Assembly: GCA_963782915.1 (NCBI GenBank)
Contig: CAWALK010000023.1
Location: 32,001-96,000, forward strand
Reading direction: 5' to 3'
Source of the DNA: an uncultured archaeon
Lineage (GTDB): Archaea; Thermoproteota; Bathyarchaeia; Bathyarchaeales; Bathycorpusculaceae
DNA: 64,000 nt
Part shown: piece by piece, positions 50,106-61,071 of the stretch
Position numbering within the stretch: position 1 is the first letter of the stretch
Layout: the number at the start of each line of letters is the position of its first letter
Position numbers and translations under genes: made by a program
The notes under the pieces: generated by a model
Databases searched by the model: none
Told to the model about the DNA's origin: nothing
The model's input: the letters and a program-made list of their open reading frames with translations, nothing else

Positions 50106-50583
50106 AACTCCCTTTCCCACTTTATTGTAGTAAACATTCCAGACAACAGCAGTTCTCTTTTTCAGGGGAACTTTTTAAGCACCTTTTTATCATACACCGA
50201 CTTTGGAAAAAATGTAACAACTCTCCGTCAAAACCGATTTCCGAAGGCAAAATACTCCTGCCCCCACAAGTACACCAAGAACTCGGAAACAAAATAACCA
50301 TAAAGGAAAACACCCAAAGGCTACCTATTAACAAGCAAACAATAAGTCGCCAACGAAAAACATAGGCAAATAATCAATTTGCCCTGCAATAAGTTCTCTA
50401 TATTGGGGCATAGTTAACGTGATTCATGTTAACAATATATACGGTTTAGCAAACAATTAACATTTGATAAAGGCTGTTCTCTAAATCAAAAAATGCTTAA
50501 GGACTGTTGTATGATACAGCCATGAATTCAAAAAAAGGTGCGATATAGCTAACAATAGCTAAAAATATTGTAAAATGAAAAGT

Positions 50584-50704
50584 TGCTGCCAGCTTTCCCA
50601 GGTTCACGTGGCCTAAGACCACACTACAGCTGGGAACGGAACACGGTTTAACTTCTGAGTTCGGTATGGGATCAGGTGGAACCCGTGCCCTTTGACCGGC
50701 AAAC
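50584..50704 (-). rRNA. rrf: 5S rRNA, stand-alone
   Basis: Minus strand contains cacctgatcccataccgaactcagaagttaaac; closing helix tgccgg/ctggca; cttataag TATA about 25 bp upstream; ends approximate. Confidence 0.93.
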
Positions 50705-50972
50705 CTGCAGTTACTGGCAAGCTTGCCTTATAAGGGTTGGGTTTGTTTGCTTGAAATGTGCTTGTTTTGTTGTGTTTTTTGTTTGCGGAAATTGTTTATA
50801 GGCGCTGGGCGAGTTGGGTGCTGTGGGCGGTAATACAACCGAATGGGCCATGCCAGTGCCCGACCTCATTACGCTGTCATTGTTTGCAAAGTTATTCACA
50901 AATTCAGTGTATATATAGGGGAGGGGGTACCTCGGCAGAGCAGCAGAAGTTGCCTTTTTATCCTTTATATAA

Positions 50973-52099
50973 CAGTAGATCAAAAAATCGTGTTTCACCT
51001 CCTCTAAAAATCAACCGTAAGCCTCCAAATCAGGCAGCCAAGACAAGACTAAACACAACCTAACAGCATTCTTAAGAGCATACGTCCTAACACGCCTTCT
51101 ACGCCTGAAATTCCACAAAACCCACAAATTATAGAGTACAACCGCCAAAAAGAAATACAGCTGCCTCAACCTATAGAGCTTAGAGGTAGTCTTAGCCAAA
51201 AACAACCCAATCATACGATAAGAAGTCTCAATCCCCCAACGCCGCCTAAACGTCTTCTTAAGCACCTTGGGCTTAAACATGGTGTTGGTAGCAAAAATAA
51301 GCAGCTTCTTGTTTTGACGCACAGTTACAAGCCTAAAAGTCGCCTGATCCAAAACCGACTTCTTATGCGTAGTCGTTGTATAAAATACATCCAATCCGGC
51401 TCTTAAGGGCTCCTTATGCCAAGGAATATGCATTATGTACTTGATTTTGGCGTTATCTAGATAGTTTATCACTTGAGTGGAGAAGTAGCCTCGATCCAAC
51501 AGCACCAGCTTAACTGTTAAGCCCAACTCAGAGACACAGTCTAGGAGATACTTGACATGCCACAGCTTGCTTCTATGAATCATTGTTGCTGCTGCTAAGG
51601 TTAATCTCTGACCGTTGTAGAGAACACTTATCGTTGCATATCTGTAGGCATGGTTTGAGCCGTTCTTGTGTTGGGTTCCCACTACGCCTTTTGCTTTAGG
51701 GTCACCGTAGTACATTTCATCATGCCAGTCTATGGCTACAACCAGTGGCTTGTTTAGGGCGCCTTTTTGTTTCATTTGCTGGATTGTTTGCCGGTTGATT
51801 TGGAGTATTTGTTGAGGGTTTTGTTGTTTTAGGTGGTTTCTGACTGTTTGGCCGCAGAGTTGGAGGTTTTGTGCGCACCCTTCTATGTAGCTGTTGTCTA
51901 TTGCTGCTAGGATGAGTGTTTTGGTGGTTTCTTGGCTATTTCGGGCGTGTTTGAGATTAAGGAAGCTGCCGATTGTTTCTTTAAAATATAAGTAAGCCTT
52001 TAGCTTATCCCTTCGTCTAGGGATGGCGCTGTAGCTAGTCATGCTTGATACCCAAAAGCTGGTTACAGCGCTATTCCGATAAAAACTTTTGATCTACTG
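50973..52099 (-). mobile_element. Complete ISH3-type (IS4-related) insertion sequence
   Basis: 13-bp TIRs CAGTAGATCAAAA at both ends; ATAA direct repeat at 50969-50972 and 52100-52103; one DDE transposase. Confidence 0.9.
51011..52042 (-). CDS. DDE transposase (ISH3-like)
   Basis: AIDWHDEMYYG, LLDRGYF, RRRWGIETSYR. Confidence 0.92.
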   Translation of the reverse strand: MTSYSAIPRRRDKLKAYLYFKETIGSFLNLKHARNSQETTKTLILAAIDNSYIEGCAQNLQLCGQTVRNHLKQQNPQQILQINRQTIQQMKQKGALNKPLVVAIDWHDEMYYGDPKAKGVVGTQHKNGSNHAYRYATISVLYNGQRLTLAAATMIHRSKLWHVKYLLDCVSELGLTVKLVLLDRGYFSTQVINYLDNAKIKYIMHIPWHKEPLRAGLDVFYTTTTHKKSVLDQATFRLVTVRQNKKLLIFATNTMFKPKVLKKTFRRRWGIETSYRMIGLFLAKTTSKLYRLRQLYFFLAVVLYNLWVLWNFRRRRRVRTYALKNAVRLCLVLSWLPDLEAYG

Positions 52100-52366
52100 A
52101 TAAGGGAGGGGGTAGGTGCTCTGAGGTAGGTAGGTCTAAGTTTTTTGTGCTTTTTATAGGGGATAGGGTCCACAGAGCAAAAGACCTCAACTTTGCCCTT
52201 GACTTATTTGCGAAACAATTCACACCCAAGTGGCAACCGCCGAAACCAACCGAACCCAAAACCCACCCAACCACAAAACCCCCAGTCCAACCAACAACAA
52301 AGAAAAAAACAAACGCAAAAGCAGAAATCTAAGACCGCAATTATTTTGCATAGAACGTGAATTCCT

Positions 52367-52900
52367 TTGGATAAGCCTGATTACGTAATGTGGTGCCGCA
52401 AATACGACAAAGCCTTCGGAGCACAAGCACAACGCGAACGAGAACTCGGCGCGAAATTCCGCAAAAACAAAGCCTTAACAGTTGCAGATTTAGGCTCCAT
52501 CGTCGAGTGGAAATATAAAGATGACGGGGAAAAATTGGAACGCGGCTTAGAATTAGTATCACGAAACGATCCTGAAAAAGTTCAAAAAATCACCAGCCAA
52601 GTCCTCTGCTTACCCCAAGGCGATGACATGTACCGCATGAACTGCTTAACCACACTCGAAGGCATAAGCCCACTATTAGCAAGCATCATACTGACGTTCT
52701 TTGACCCAAAACGTTACTGTATCTTTGACCTCAAAGTCTGGAAACCCCTACTGGGCAACGCTTCCGCAGGCTTGTATTCGCCGCAGAACTACATCAAACT
52801 CTTAGAAGCCATCCGTAAAACCGCAGCCAAACACAACCTGGAAGTCAGAGTAATCGATAAGGCATTGTATAAGAAAGCCATCGACAACGCCAAGCCCTAA
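52367..52900 (+). CDS. Helix-hairpin-helix-like hypothetical protein (DNA glycosylase-related fold?)
   Basis: IVEWK, LEGISPLLASIIL, YCIFD, IDKALY. Confidence 0.65.
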   Translation: MDKPDYVMWCRKYDKAFGAQAQRERELGAKFRKNKALTVADLGSIVEWKYKDDGEKLERGLELVSRNDPEKVQKITSQVLCLPQGDDMYRMNCLTTLEGISPLLASIILTFFDPKRYCIFDLKVWKPLLGNASAGLYSPQNYIKLLEAIRKTAAKHNLEVRVIDKALYKKAIDNAKP

Positions 52901-53644
52901 TCACTGTTTTAGTGTTTTTACTAACTCAGCAACCTTTTCAATGATGTAGTCATTGATTTTTTGTCCCTTCTGTGCCGACGCCGCTGTTGGGTCACCGTTA
53001 ACTCCGCCCGGAAAACCCAGTTCCGGATGTGCGATAACTTCGAAACGGGGCATATGCCAAACCTCCGCTTTACCCGCACCTTTAACTAACTCGGGCTTAA
53101 TCGCCATAACCCGCGAAGTCTCCAAAGTACCCGCATGCCCATCACCCGGCGAAGCATATTCCGAAGCTAATTCCTCCGCGAAATCAAAATCCGACAAAAC
53201 CATAACCCTCACCCGACCTGGCATTACCTCATCGTTCTTAACAACAATATCCTGAGCCGCCAACCGCAAAGCAACCATATGCGAATTACCAGCGTGACCG
53301 CTCATCACAATAATCCGGTAAAACCCGCTTCGAACCAATTCAGACAACACATCATGCGCTAACTTATAGAGCGTATCAAACCCGATGGTTAATGTGCCGG
53401 CAAAATTTCTGGTTGCATTACAGATGCCATAACGGAATGGCGGCGCAACCAAACAACCGGTTTTTTTAGCTACTTCCATGGCGATGTATTCGGGTTGAAT
53501 GCTATCAGTACAAAGCGGCAAATGATCGCCATGCTCCTCGACGCTTCCTATGGGAAAAATCATGACTGTGCCATCTTTGGCTGCTTGAGCTGCCTCTATT
53601 GTGCTTAATTCATCAAACCACAGCGGTTTTTTTGGAGTTGCCAT
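52901..53644 (-). CDS. Creatininase/creatinine amidohydrolase family protein
   Basis: PIGSVEEHGDHLP..TD, SGHAGN, HAGTLETS, GDPTAASAQKG; start at MATPKK. Confidence 0.92.
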   Translation of the reverse strand: MATPKKPLWFDELSTIEAAQAAKDGTVMIFPIGSVEEHGDHLPLCTDSIQPEYIAMEVAKKTGCLVAPPFRYGICNATRNFAGTLTIGFDTLYKLAHDVLSELVRSGFYRIIVMSGHAGNSHMVALRLAAQDIVVKNDEVMPGRVRVMVLSDFDFAEELASEYASPGDGHAGTLETSRVMAIKPELVKGAGKAEVWHMPRFEVIAHPELGFPGGVNGDPTAASAQKGQKINDYIIEKVAELVKTLKQ

Positions 53645-53921
53645 AAAGGTTAATCGGGGAAACATGTTTTTTTGTGTTGCGGAAGCTAAACAACTGCCGT
53701 GTCGGTGGTAGAAAAGTTTGAAATACACCTACAATAGATACTTGATTTGGAGCGCTTACGTTGTAGGTGCTGATGATTACTTTGGAATTGCCGAATTGGA
53801 ATTGGCTAAAATCAACCTCACATAAGCAGTTAGAGCTCGAATTGGGTCCACTAGAGACATTCCTAAATCGATACATCGCCAATCCAGTAGACCCAACAAA
53901 GTCCAAAAAGCAAAGGATGCA

Positions 53922-54656
53922 TTGGCAATCGTAAAAGAAGCAAAAGTCACTTTGCAGCAACGTAAAGTTCAGAATGCTTGGGCACTATACTACCAAGCGG
54001 AATTATTAGAATACGAATTAAAAACCAAAGAAGAACTTGATGCCCGCGCCGGCAAAATCCTTTTTGAAAGCGCCATTTTACTCAATGACGGGGCAAAACA
54101 GAATATTCGCAGATTAATCGGCCAAGGCTCAGATAACGGTGGCTGGGTATTACAGAAAAATGTTGCGCCATCAAATGTAATCGAAGCTAGACGAATCATT
54201 CAGGATTACTACATAAAAAAGTACACCTACTTGGACGTCGCCATGCAGATGCTCTCCATTCTAACAACTATCGTTGCAATTTTGAGTCTAATTATAGCGT
54301 TTACGCTTACTTCGGTACCAAACACAATTACATCCGCTCCGGCAAGTTCGGTGTTCTGGATCACAATCGGCTTATTTGGAGGCGTTGGAGGCTCAATAAG
54401 CGGCTTGTTCGGTTTAAAACAGTCGTTTGCTTTAGACAGCGATATGCCTGAACGGGTTTTGAACAAATGGATAACTATTGCCAAACCAATCATTGGCTTC
54501 GCAGCTGCAATCGTAATCGCGATTTTTTTGATTGCAGGCTTTGTTGAGGTTGCCAATATTGAAGTAAGCACTTATCTGATATTTTCAATGGCGTTTGTAT
54601 CAGGATTTTCAGAGCGCTTAATTATTGGCGCGGTATCTTCTAGGCTGCCTTCCTAA
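53922..54656 (+). CDS. Membrane protein with four C-terminal TM helices (N-terminus may extend upstream across a frameshift)
   Basis: GGVGGSISG, KPIIG, AFVSGFSER. Confidence 0.75.
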   Translation: MAIVKEAKVTLQQRKVQNAWALYYQAELLEYELKTKEELDARAGKILFESAILLNDGAKQNIRRLIGQGSDNGGWVLQKNVAPSNVIEARRIIQDYYIKKYTYLDVAMQMLSILTTIVAILSLIIAFTLTSVPNTITSAPASSVFWITIGLFGGVGGSISGLFGLKQSFALDSDMPERVLNKWITIAKPIIGFAAAIVIAIFLIAGFVEVANIEVSTYLIFSMAFVSGFSERLIIGAVSSRLPS

Positions 54657-54684
54657 CAGGCGGCCAAAGAAAAATAGTGCTCTT

Positions 54685-55608
54685 TTACTCTAGGAACTGT
54701 TCAAGGTACTGCATGATTAAATCGTAGGCTTGTTCATCATCGGGGCCAACCCTGAGGTGCGAGTCGTTGGTGCTGATTAATGCTTCACCATCGTTTTCCC
54801 CCACAGGCTCATTATATTTGATTCTAAAAACACACCGAGACACCCCGCTATTTTGGGTTTGGAAAGTCAGCAAAGGATACTTCACCCCCGGCAAATGCAC
54901 CTCATATTTCCCTTCTGCTTTGGCTTCAACAAGAAAATTCTTGGTTTCCCCCAACCCCAGAAGACTCTCAAGCAAAGCACCCTTATACTTGGGGAAACAG
55001 GCTTGCACTTCCAAATCAACCCTTTCTCTGACAGCGACTATTTTTTGGGCGATCGTATCTTTGTCCCAGAGTTCAAACCCTAACCTCTCAGCAGCAGCCT
55101 TTGCTTGTTCAGTGAAATACCCTGTTGCTATCAGGAGTGTTTTTTGGCATTCACCCTTCATCTCTTCTGCGAATAAAACGCTTGCTTCCGTGACTTTGTA
55201 GGTTTTGGGGCATTTTATGGCTTGAACTGCCACTTTTTCGCCATCCTTAGCGACTACGCCGTCAAATCCAAATTCGTTAGCTGCAAACTTTTCTGGCTGG
55301 CTTTCATATCCCAGTTCGCTAAGGAGCCACTGGGTGAAGTACTCGAATTCTTTGTCTGAGAGGCAATCAACTTGGTAACAGCCTGCATTCAGTGGTTCTG
55401 TTTCCGCTGATTTCTCAAACATCCGCAGAATCTTTTGCCCTTTCTTATCCGAGGCTTTCCCACTGATTTGTTTTTGGATTCGAGCAGCCAACACCTCAGC
55501 TTTATCCATTGGCAACTGCAAATTATCCGCAAGATACCCTGGCAAATCGATGTTTGGGTACTGCTCTTTTATCTCTTTTAGTATGCCCTTGGCGTTGGTT
55601 GGCTGCAT
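54685..55608 (-). CDS. Mrr-like restriction-endonuclease-domain protein
   Basis: LSDKEFE...LGY...GFDG...VAVQA, IATGYFT.QA...ELWD. Confidence 0.82.
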   Translation of the reverse strand: MQPTNAKGILKEIKEQYPNIDLPGYLADNLQLPMDKAEVLAARIQKQISGKASDKKGQKILRMFEKSAETEPLNAGCYQVDCLSDKEFEYFTQWLLSELGYESQPEKFAANEFGFDGVVAKDGEKVAVQAIKCPKTYKVTEASVLFAEEMKGECQKTLLIATGYFTEQAKAAAERLGFELWDKDTIAQKIVAVRERVDLEVQACFPKYKGALLESLLGLGETKNFLVEAKAEGKYEVHLPGVKYPLLTFQTQNSGVSRCVFRIKYNEPVGENDGEALISTNDSHLRVGPDDEQAYDLIMQYLEQFLE

Positions 55609-55610
55609 TT

Positions 55611-56981
55611 TTAGGGCTCCTTCGATTTAGCATGTTTAGGGCACAGTTTTCGTTGGAACTCATCGGTGTATGTAAGGTTTTGTTTCGAGAAGACTTTACC
55701 GCATATGTCGCAGAGTCCATAGTGGTAGATGCATACGCTAGAGTTGTCGTGGCTGCATTTGAATTCGAGGAGTTTGCTGTGTTTTTTGCCGCAGACACTG
55801 CAGACGAAGCCGCTGTCGCGTTCAATGTATTCGTTTAATTTTTCATCTAGCACTAATGGGGCTTTTTTGCTGTAGATTTTTCCTGTGTCTATTGATTGTC
55901 TGGTGCATTCTGGGCAGACGTAGAGTCCGTCTTGGGTTGCGTACCCTTCAGAGAAAGCTTTGTGGCAAACGGGGCAATTAACTTCTATGGAGTGGTTGAC
56001 GCCTAAGATGAAGCATCCGGGTATAGCGGCTTTGTTGTTGAGTTTTATTTCGAATTTAGCCTTAGCTGTGTTAATGACCAGTAGATTGATGAATTTCACG
56101 GCTATGTTGGTTAAGTATGATTCTTCTTCTCTTCTAAACAGCGCCTCATAGTTTGATTGCCATTTTGCATAGTCAAAGTCATGTTTTTTTGAGATAACGT
56201 GTTCTTTGCGTTCTCTTCTTAGCCGTTTTTCGAAGCTTCGCAGTTTTGCTTTTTTCTCTTTGTTTAGAGGTAAATCGTAGAGCGCCAATTTTTCTTTGAG
56301 TATGGCTGAGAGTTTTTCGTCTGCAACCGTTTTGAGTTTGTCCAGGATGTCTGGTTTTAGTTTTGTTTTATAATCCTGAAGCTCAATTGCCTCATTCTTC
56401 AGTAAACTATCTTCATTGAAGTCCTCGGCTGGCGCAAGGTTGCCTTTTTCATCAATTAAAACCGTGATTTTCTCTTCGCTTTTTGGTCTGAGCTTATTTT
56501 GGAAGGTTGCCAAGAAATAAAACAGGAAATACCTTACAGGCTCGGTTTTGCCCACGTCCACCGAATAGATTTTTCCATTGTTAACCTGATGGTAACATGG
56601 CTGCGTTTTTGTGCATAAATGAATCGTTTCTTCATCTGCTGTGAGTTGTTGGCAGCTCTGGCAATCAAACTCGCTATCTTTGCAATACTTTTTCACCAGC
56701 GCCTCAAAACTTTCCTTAGGTCTTACTAGAACTTGGCAGGGTGCCCCATTCTCCAAGCATTCCTTTAGTATCTGCTGAAAAGCTGGGCTCCCAGCCGTTA
56801 TTAGTTGGGCTTTGGTTTCACGCGCTATCGCTGGTTCATAAGTATACTCATGCGAATCGGCATCGTTTGGATAGGTTACGGTGAAGACGTCGCTGTTTTC
56901 TCCAGCTATTTCTCCCTGCTTGGATTTTACGTATGCCTTGATGAATTGCCGAATTTCTGCACCAACTTCTTCTGTGCTCAA
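55611..56981 (-). CDS. Multi-zinc-finger protein with coiled coil (YqhG-like position)
   Basis: CQSC, CPVC, CPEC, CSVC, CIYH, CDIC, CPKH; TTG start overlaps SNF2 stop. Confidence 0.8.
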   Translation of the reverse strand: MSTEEVGAEIRQFIKAYVKSKQGEIAGENSDVFTVTYPNDADSHEYTYEPAIARETKAQLITAGSPAFQQILKECLENGAPCQVLVRPKESFEALVKKYCKDSEFDCQSCQQLTADEETIHLCTKTQPCYHQVNNGKIYSVDVGKTEPVRYFLFYFLATFQNKLRPKSEEKITVLIDEKGNLAPAEDFNEDSLLKNEAIELQDYKTKLKPDILDKLKTVADEKLSAILKEKLALYDLPLNKEKKAKLRSFEKRLRRERKEHVISKKHDFDYAKWQSNYEALFRREEESYLTNIAVKFINLLVINTAKAKFEIKLNNKAAIPGCFILGVNHSIEVNCPVCHKAFSEGYATQDGLYVCPECTRQSIDTGKIYSKKAPLVLDEKLNEYIERDSGFVCSVCGKKHSKLLEFKCSHDNSSVCIYHYGLCDICGKVFSKQNLTYTDEFQRKLCPKHAKSKEP

Positions 56982-58975
56982 TCAAGGACCCCCTGAGTGA
57001 ACTGCTCAGCTAACTCTTCGTTCTGTTTAGACACGGTGAGGTCGGTTGCGAGTTTCTCCAGTTCCTTCTTTAAATCAATACGTGAATTGCTTCGGAGCAA
57101 GATTTCGGCAATGGTCTTCTGTATATCCTGATTGCCCTCTTTTAGTTCGGCTAGAACTGTTTCCATTTTGCCAATAGTCATGGTAAACAGGTCGATTTTC
57201 TGGTAGAGTATGTGCAGGACATAGTCGTCTATGGTGTCTTTAACCGCTAAGTTGAATACTGTGACATCGCGGTCCTGTTTAAATCGGTGAATTCTGCCAA
57301 TCCGCTGCTCAATCTTCATGGGGTTCCAATGCAAATCATAATTGAACATTAAGCAGCAATTCTGCAAGTTGAGACCTTCCGCGGCTGCATCGGTGGCAAC
57401 GAGATATTTGACTTCGCCATTCTTGAAGCTCTGAATAACTGCATCCCGTTCCATTTGGTTCATATCGCCAAGGAATACTGCTGCTGGACCGAATTGGGCA
57501 TCAAGCATTTCCTTTATTTTGTGTGCAGTAATTTTTCGAAGACAGAAAATCAGCGCCTGTTCCTTTGGAGTTTCCTTAAGGATATTGCTTAGGAGCTCCA
57601 TTTTTGCACTTTTAATTTTCCCCGCCATCTCAATGAGTTTGCTTGTAACCGCCGCTTCTGTGGGAAACCTTTGCCCTCTTTTAAGGAGCGATTGAATTGA
57701 AGCTGCCGGTGAACTCGAAAAAGACTGCTGTAATGTGATGGCTTGGAAAACCAAGATTGCGTTGCTCTGCGATTCACTGAATGTCCTGTTAGGATTCTCA
57801 GCGATGAGAGCTTCTATTGTTCGGAAACTGTTTTTGCTCATTTCACGCAGGTATTCGGTTGCTGTATCGATGAATTCCCTTTCAGCTTCATTGGGTTCGA
57901 GTGTTCTGGATTCTACAATACGTTTGGTAAATGGAATGCCTGTTTGTTCTCTTCGGGTCCGGCACATTACATCTTGGAGGTTTTGCCGTAGCAGATACGC
58001 TTCGCCCTCTCTCAAAACGCGGCTTCTGGCGTCTTCGGCATAACGGGATATGAATGCGCGTTCGCTATCAAGCATCCCCGGCTGAATTAAATCAACAATA
58101 CTGAATAAGTCGGTTAACTTGTTGCAAAGTGGCGTAGCAGTTAGCAGCAAGAGATGGTTTTTTCTTAACTCTGAAAGGCTGTTCCGTCCTTTGCTATGCG
58201 TATTCCTAAATGCATGCGCCTCATCCACAACCACCAAATCCCATGTCCGCTTAGAAATCTCTTCAAACTTGCGGGGCAAAAGAGTATGTGAACACAAAAT
58301 TCGGTTGCCCGTCTTAAAGTTCGCCCGTTCTCCCGGCTTGTTAGCTATAAGAAAGGTCTCGCCGAATTTTTCATTCATCTCGCTTTTCCATTGTGAAAGC
58401 AAGCTTTTGGGCGCAATAATCAGGATGGAGTTAATCTCCTCTCGCAGTAGCAGTTCCTTCATTATGAGACCTGCCTCGATAGTTTTGCCCAAACCTACCT
58501 CATCTGCGAGGATGGCGTTTGCATTCATTTCATTTATGACTTGCAACGCTGTTTTTAGCTGGAAATTGTAGGGAACCAATTTTGTACGGATTGCATCGAT
58601 GGCGATTAAGCGATCGATTTTAGCTGTCTGTTTCAGCTTTAAGGCTTCTAAGTTGAGTTGGAAAGCTTGGAATGTGTGGAATCTGTTTTTTTGTATTTGC
58701 TCTTTAATGTTATATGGATCAGAGAATGTGCAGGTGTATCTATGCTTGGTTTTCTCGCCTGAGGTGTTTTCCTCTTCGAATTCACAGGAAACGGTTTTCT
58801 CTTCAGGTTTAGCCTGAGCTTTTTTTGTTTTCTTAGGTTTAGGTGCCTGCACAGTGGCTGATTTAGTTTCTGGCTGTTGTACCGCCCAGTTTTCAAACTC
58901 ATTATCAGTCGAGATTGATGGGTTCTGGTATTCGCCGCCGTTCTCTTGGAGGTTTTCAGGCAAGAGTATCGCCAT
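56978..58975 (-). CDS. SNF2/SWI2 family helicase (YqhH/RapA-like)
   Basis: LADEVGLGKT, VVDEAH, LLTATP, AEGLNLQ, YDLHWNP, EQRIGRIHR. Confidence 0.95.
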   Translation of the reverse strand: MAILLPENLQENGGEYQNPSISTDNEFENWAVQQPETKSATVQAPKPKKTKKAQAKPEEKTVSCEFEEENTSGEKTKHRYTCTFSDPYNIKEQIQKNRFHTFQAFQLNLEALKLKQTAKIDRLIAIDAIRTKLVPYNFQLKTALQVINEMNANAILADEVGLGKTIEAGLIMKELLLREEINSILIIAPKSLLSQWKSEMNEKFGETFLIANKPGERANFKTGNRILCSHTLLPRKFEEISKRTWDLVVVDEAHAFRNTHSKGRNSLSELRKNHLLLLTATPLCNKLTDLFSIVDLIQPGMLDSERAFISRYAEDARSRVLREGEAYLLRQNLQDVMCRTRREQTGIPFTKRIVESRTLEPNEAEREFIDTATEYLREMSKNSFRTIEALIAENPNRTFSESQSNAILVFQAITLQQSFSSSPAASIQSLLKRGQRFPTEAAVTSKLIEMAGKIKSAKMELLSNILKETPKEQALIFCLRKITAHKIKEMLDAQFGPAAVFLGDMNQMERDAVIQSFKNGEVKYLVATDAAAEGLNLQNCCLMFNYDLHWNPMKIEQRIGRIHRFKQDRDVTVFNLAVKDTIDDYVLHILYQKIDLFTMTIGKMETVLAELKEGNQDIQKTIAEILLRSNSRIDLKKELEKLATDLTVSKQNEELAEQFTQGVLD

Positions 58976-59237
58976 CTACTAACCGACTAAATATAAAAAC
59001 CTGAAGTGCATCCAGGCGATTGTTCTGTAGCCTTCTTCAAGAGTAGCAGCGCCAATTCCAGATACAATGGGCAGTATTTTTCCCCAAATATTTCATTTGA
59101 ACCCCGTGTTTTGTTTGTCTCCATGCGGTTCATTAATAATTTGGGCCTCTAGATGTAACATAGTAAGTAGGCGATTGGTTCTATGGGACCGTCACCCTTT
59201 AATTCCAAAACCATTTCTAGCATACCGCTCCGGTGAT

Positions 59238-60618
59238 ATGTTGTTTAAGAAAACAAAAATAGTCTGCACAGTAGGACCTGCAAGCTTCCCAAAAGAAACA
59301 ATCACAAAAATGTATCGATCAGGCATGAATGGTGTAAGAATTAACACTGCATATGGGAACATAGCGCAGTATCAGTCAACCATAGAGACCGTTCGTGAAA
59401 TAGCGGAGATCCCCATAATAATCGACCTTAAAGGACCCGAAGTTAGACTAAGAACATCAGAGTCCAAAACTATTCACACTAACGACGTTTTCGAAGTAGG
59501 CTTCAACGGAGAAGAAATCTGCTTCAACCATGACTTCTACGACAAAGTAGCAATAGACGACGTTATCCTCATCGATAACGGTAAGATCAAAACAAAAATC
59601 GTACAAAAAGGCAACCGCAAGCTATGCTTACGTGCCCTAACTGCCGGAGAAATAGAAGACGGCAAAGGCGTTAACATTCCAAATAAACACCTTTCCCTTT
59701 CAACCCTGTCTAAGAAGGACTTAGAGGTTGTACAGTTTGCAAAGAAGCACAACGTCGAATATGCTGCGCTTTCTTTTACGAGAAATGCCAAAGACATAGA
59801 AGCGCTCTCAAAAACCCACAAATTCGAAGGCGGCATAATCGCTAAAATCGAGAATAACGAAGGCGTACAAAACGCCGCAGAAATTCCTAGAAGCCGCCAC
59901 AGGTATAATGGTTGCAAGAGGCGACTTGGGAGTTGAAATTGAACCCGAAAAGGTACCCCTCATACAGAAATCGCTGATAAAACAGTGTAACCAAAGGGGC
60001 AAATTAGTGATAACCGCCACTGAAATGCTCGAATCCATGATTCACCAGCCTAGCCCAACCCGAGCTGAAGTCAGCGACGTAGCAAACGCTATCCTCGATG
60101 GCTCAGATGCAATTATGCTTTCCGGCGAAACAGCAATCGGGCAATACCCAATAGAAGCCGTTGATATGATGGCTCGCATTGCGCATGAAACCGAGGCAGC
60201 AGTCATAAGTAAAGTTGAAGGCACCCACTTCATCAATATTTCAGACACTGTCAGTAAAGCGATACAGGAAATTTGCCTAAGCATGCCCCTTAGTAAAGTG
60301 ATTACTTTGACTAAAACTGGCTACACTGCCCGCATGATTGCGCGATTCAAGATTTCGCAGCCAATTATCGCTGTTACCCCTGAGATAAAAGTGAAGAAAC
60401 AGTTAGAGTTAGTGTTTGGTGTAAAACCCGTTTTTATTGATTACTTGGGCGAAAAGGATACGATTTCTGCGGTTGCTAAGCAACTCTATGATATGCATTT
60501 AATTGAGGATAAAGAAACGGTGCTCTTCACTGCAGGTGAGCGCACGATAATGAAGCATGCTAGCAACGCGATTGAAATCCATAAGATTGAGGAATTGCGG
60601 AATTTCTTTTCCTCTTAA
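59238..60618 (+). CDS. pyk: Pyruvate kinase (frameshift near 59885)
   Basis: KTKIVCTVGPAS, DLKGPEVR, IIAKIEN; MVARGDLGVE, PTRAEVSDVANA, MLSGETA. Confidence 0.96.
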
Positions 60619-60904
60619 CTACCCTTTTTGTATTAATTGATCAGAAAGTGCGGTTCTGCTTGCGGTTTGCTCCACACCCATCCTGCAACCTGATTTGGAC
60701 GCTGAAGGTAAAATGCAATCACCAGCAAAGTTTTTTGGTTGTTTCCACAGATAAACAAATAGTAAGCCCTCTATTTTCTCGAGCAATGGGTTTCTGTAGC
60801 ATCAAGCGTTATTGCCTTTGCTTCCCAACCAGAAGATAGCCCAAAATTATCGATACAAACAACACTTAACACGCTTAAAACACGAAAGCTAATAACGAAA
60901 AAGG

Positions 60905-60979
60905 CGGGTCCGACGGGAGTTGAACCCGCGACCCTCGGATTAAAAGTCCGATGCTCTAGCCTGACTGAGCTACGGACCC
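60905..60979 (-). tRNA. tRNA-Lys(UUU), intronless, CCA not encoded
   Basis: GGGTCCG/CGGACCC acceptor stem, TCGGA-CTTTTAA-TCCGA anticodon arm, GTTCAA T-loop. Confidence 0.96.
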
Positions 60980-61071
60980 GCTCTTGATTCGTTGCGGCTG
61001 ATAGAAAATGTGGGGGGGTTTTTTAGTGTTTCGTTTTTAAAAGTGTAAATAGGTAATAGTTGGGGGTTGTT

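Noticed and set aside
49383-50334. ORF-track ORFs of 67-140 aa in this interval
   Set aside because: Atypical composition; better explained by the two microproteins that have RBS and TATA signals.
50711-51063. ORFs between 5S rRNA and the IS
   Set aside because: They cross the IS terminal repeat or the rRNA promoter; likely spurious.
60905-60979. tRNA-Lys as an integration site
   Set aside because: No duplicated tRNA end or integrase noticed in the window.
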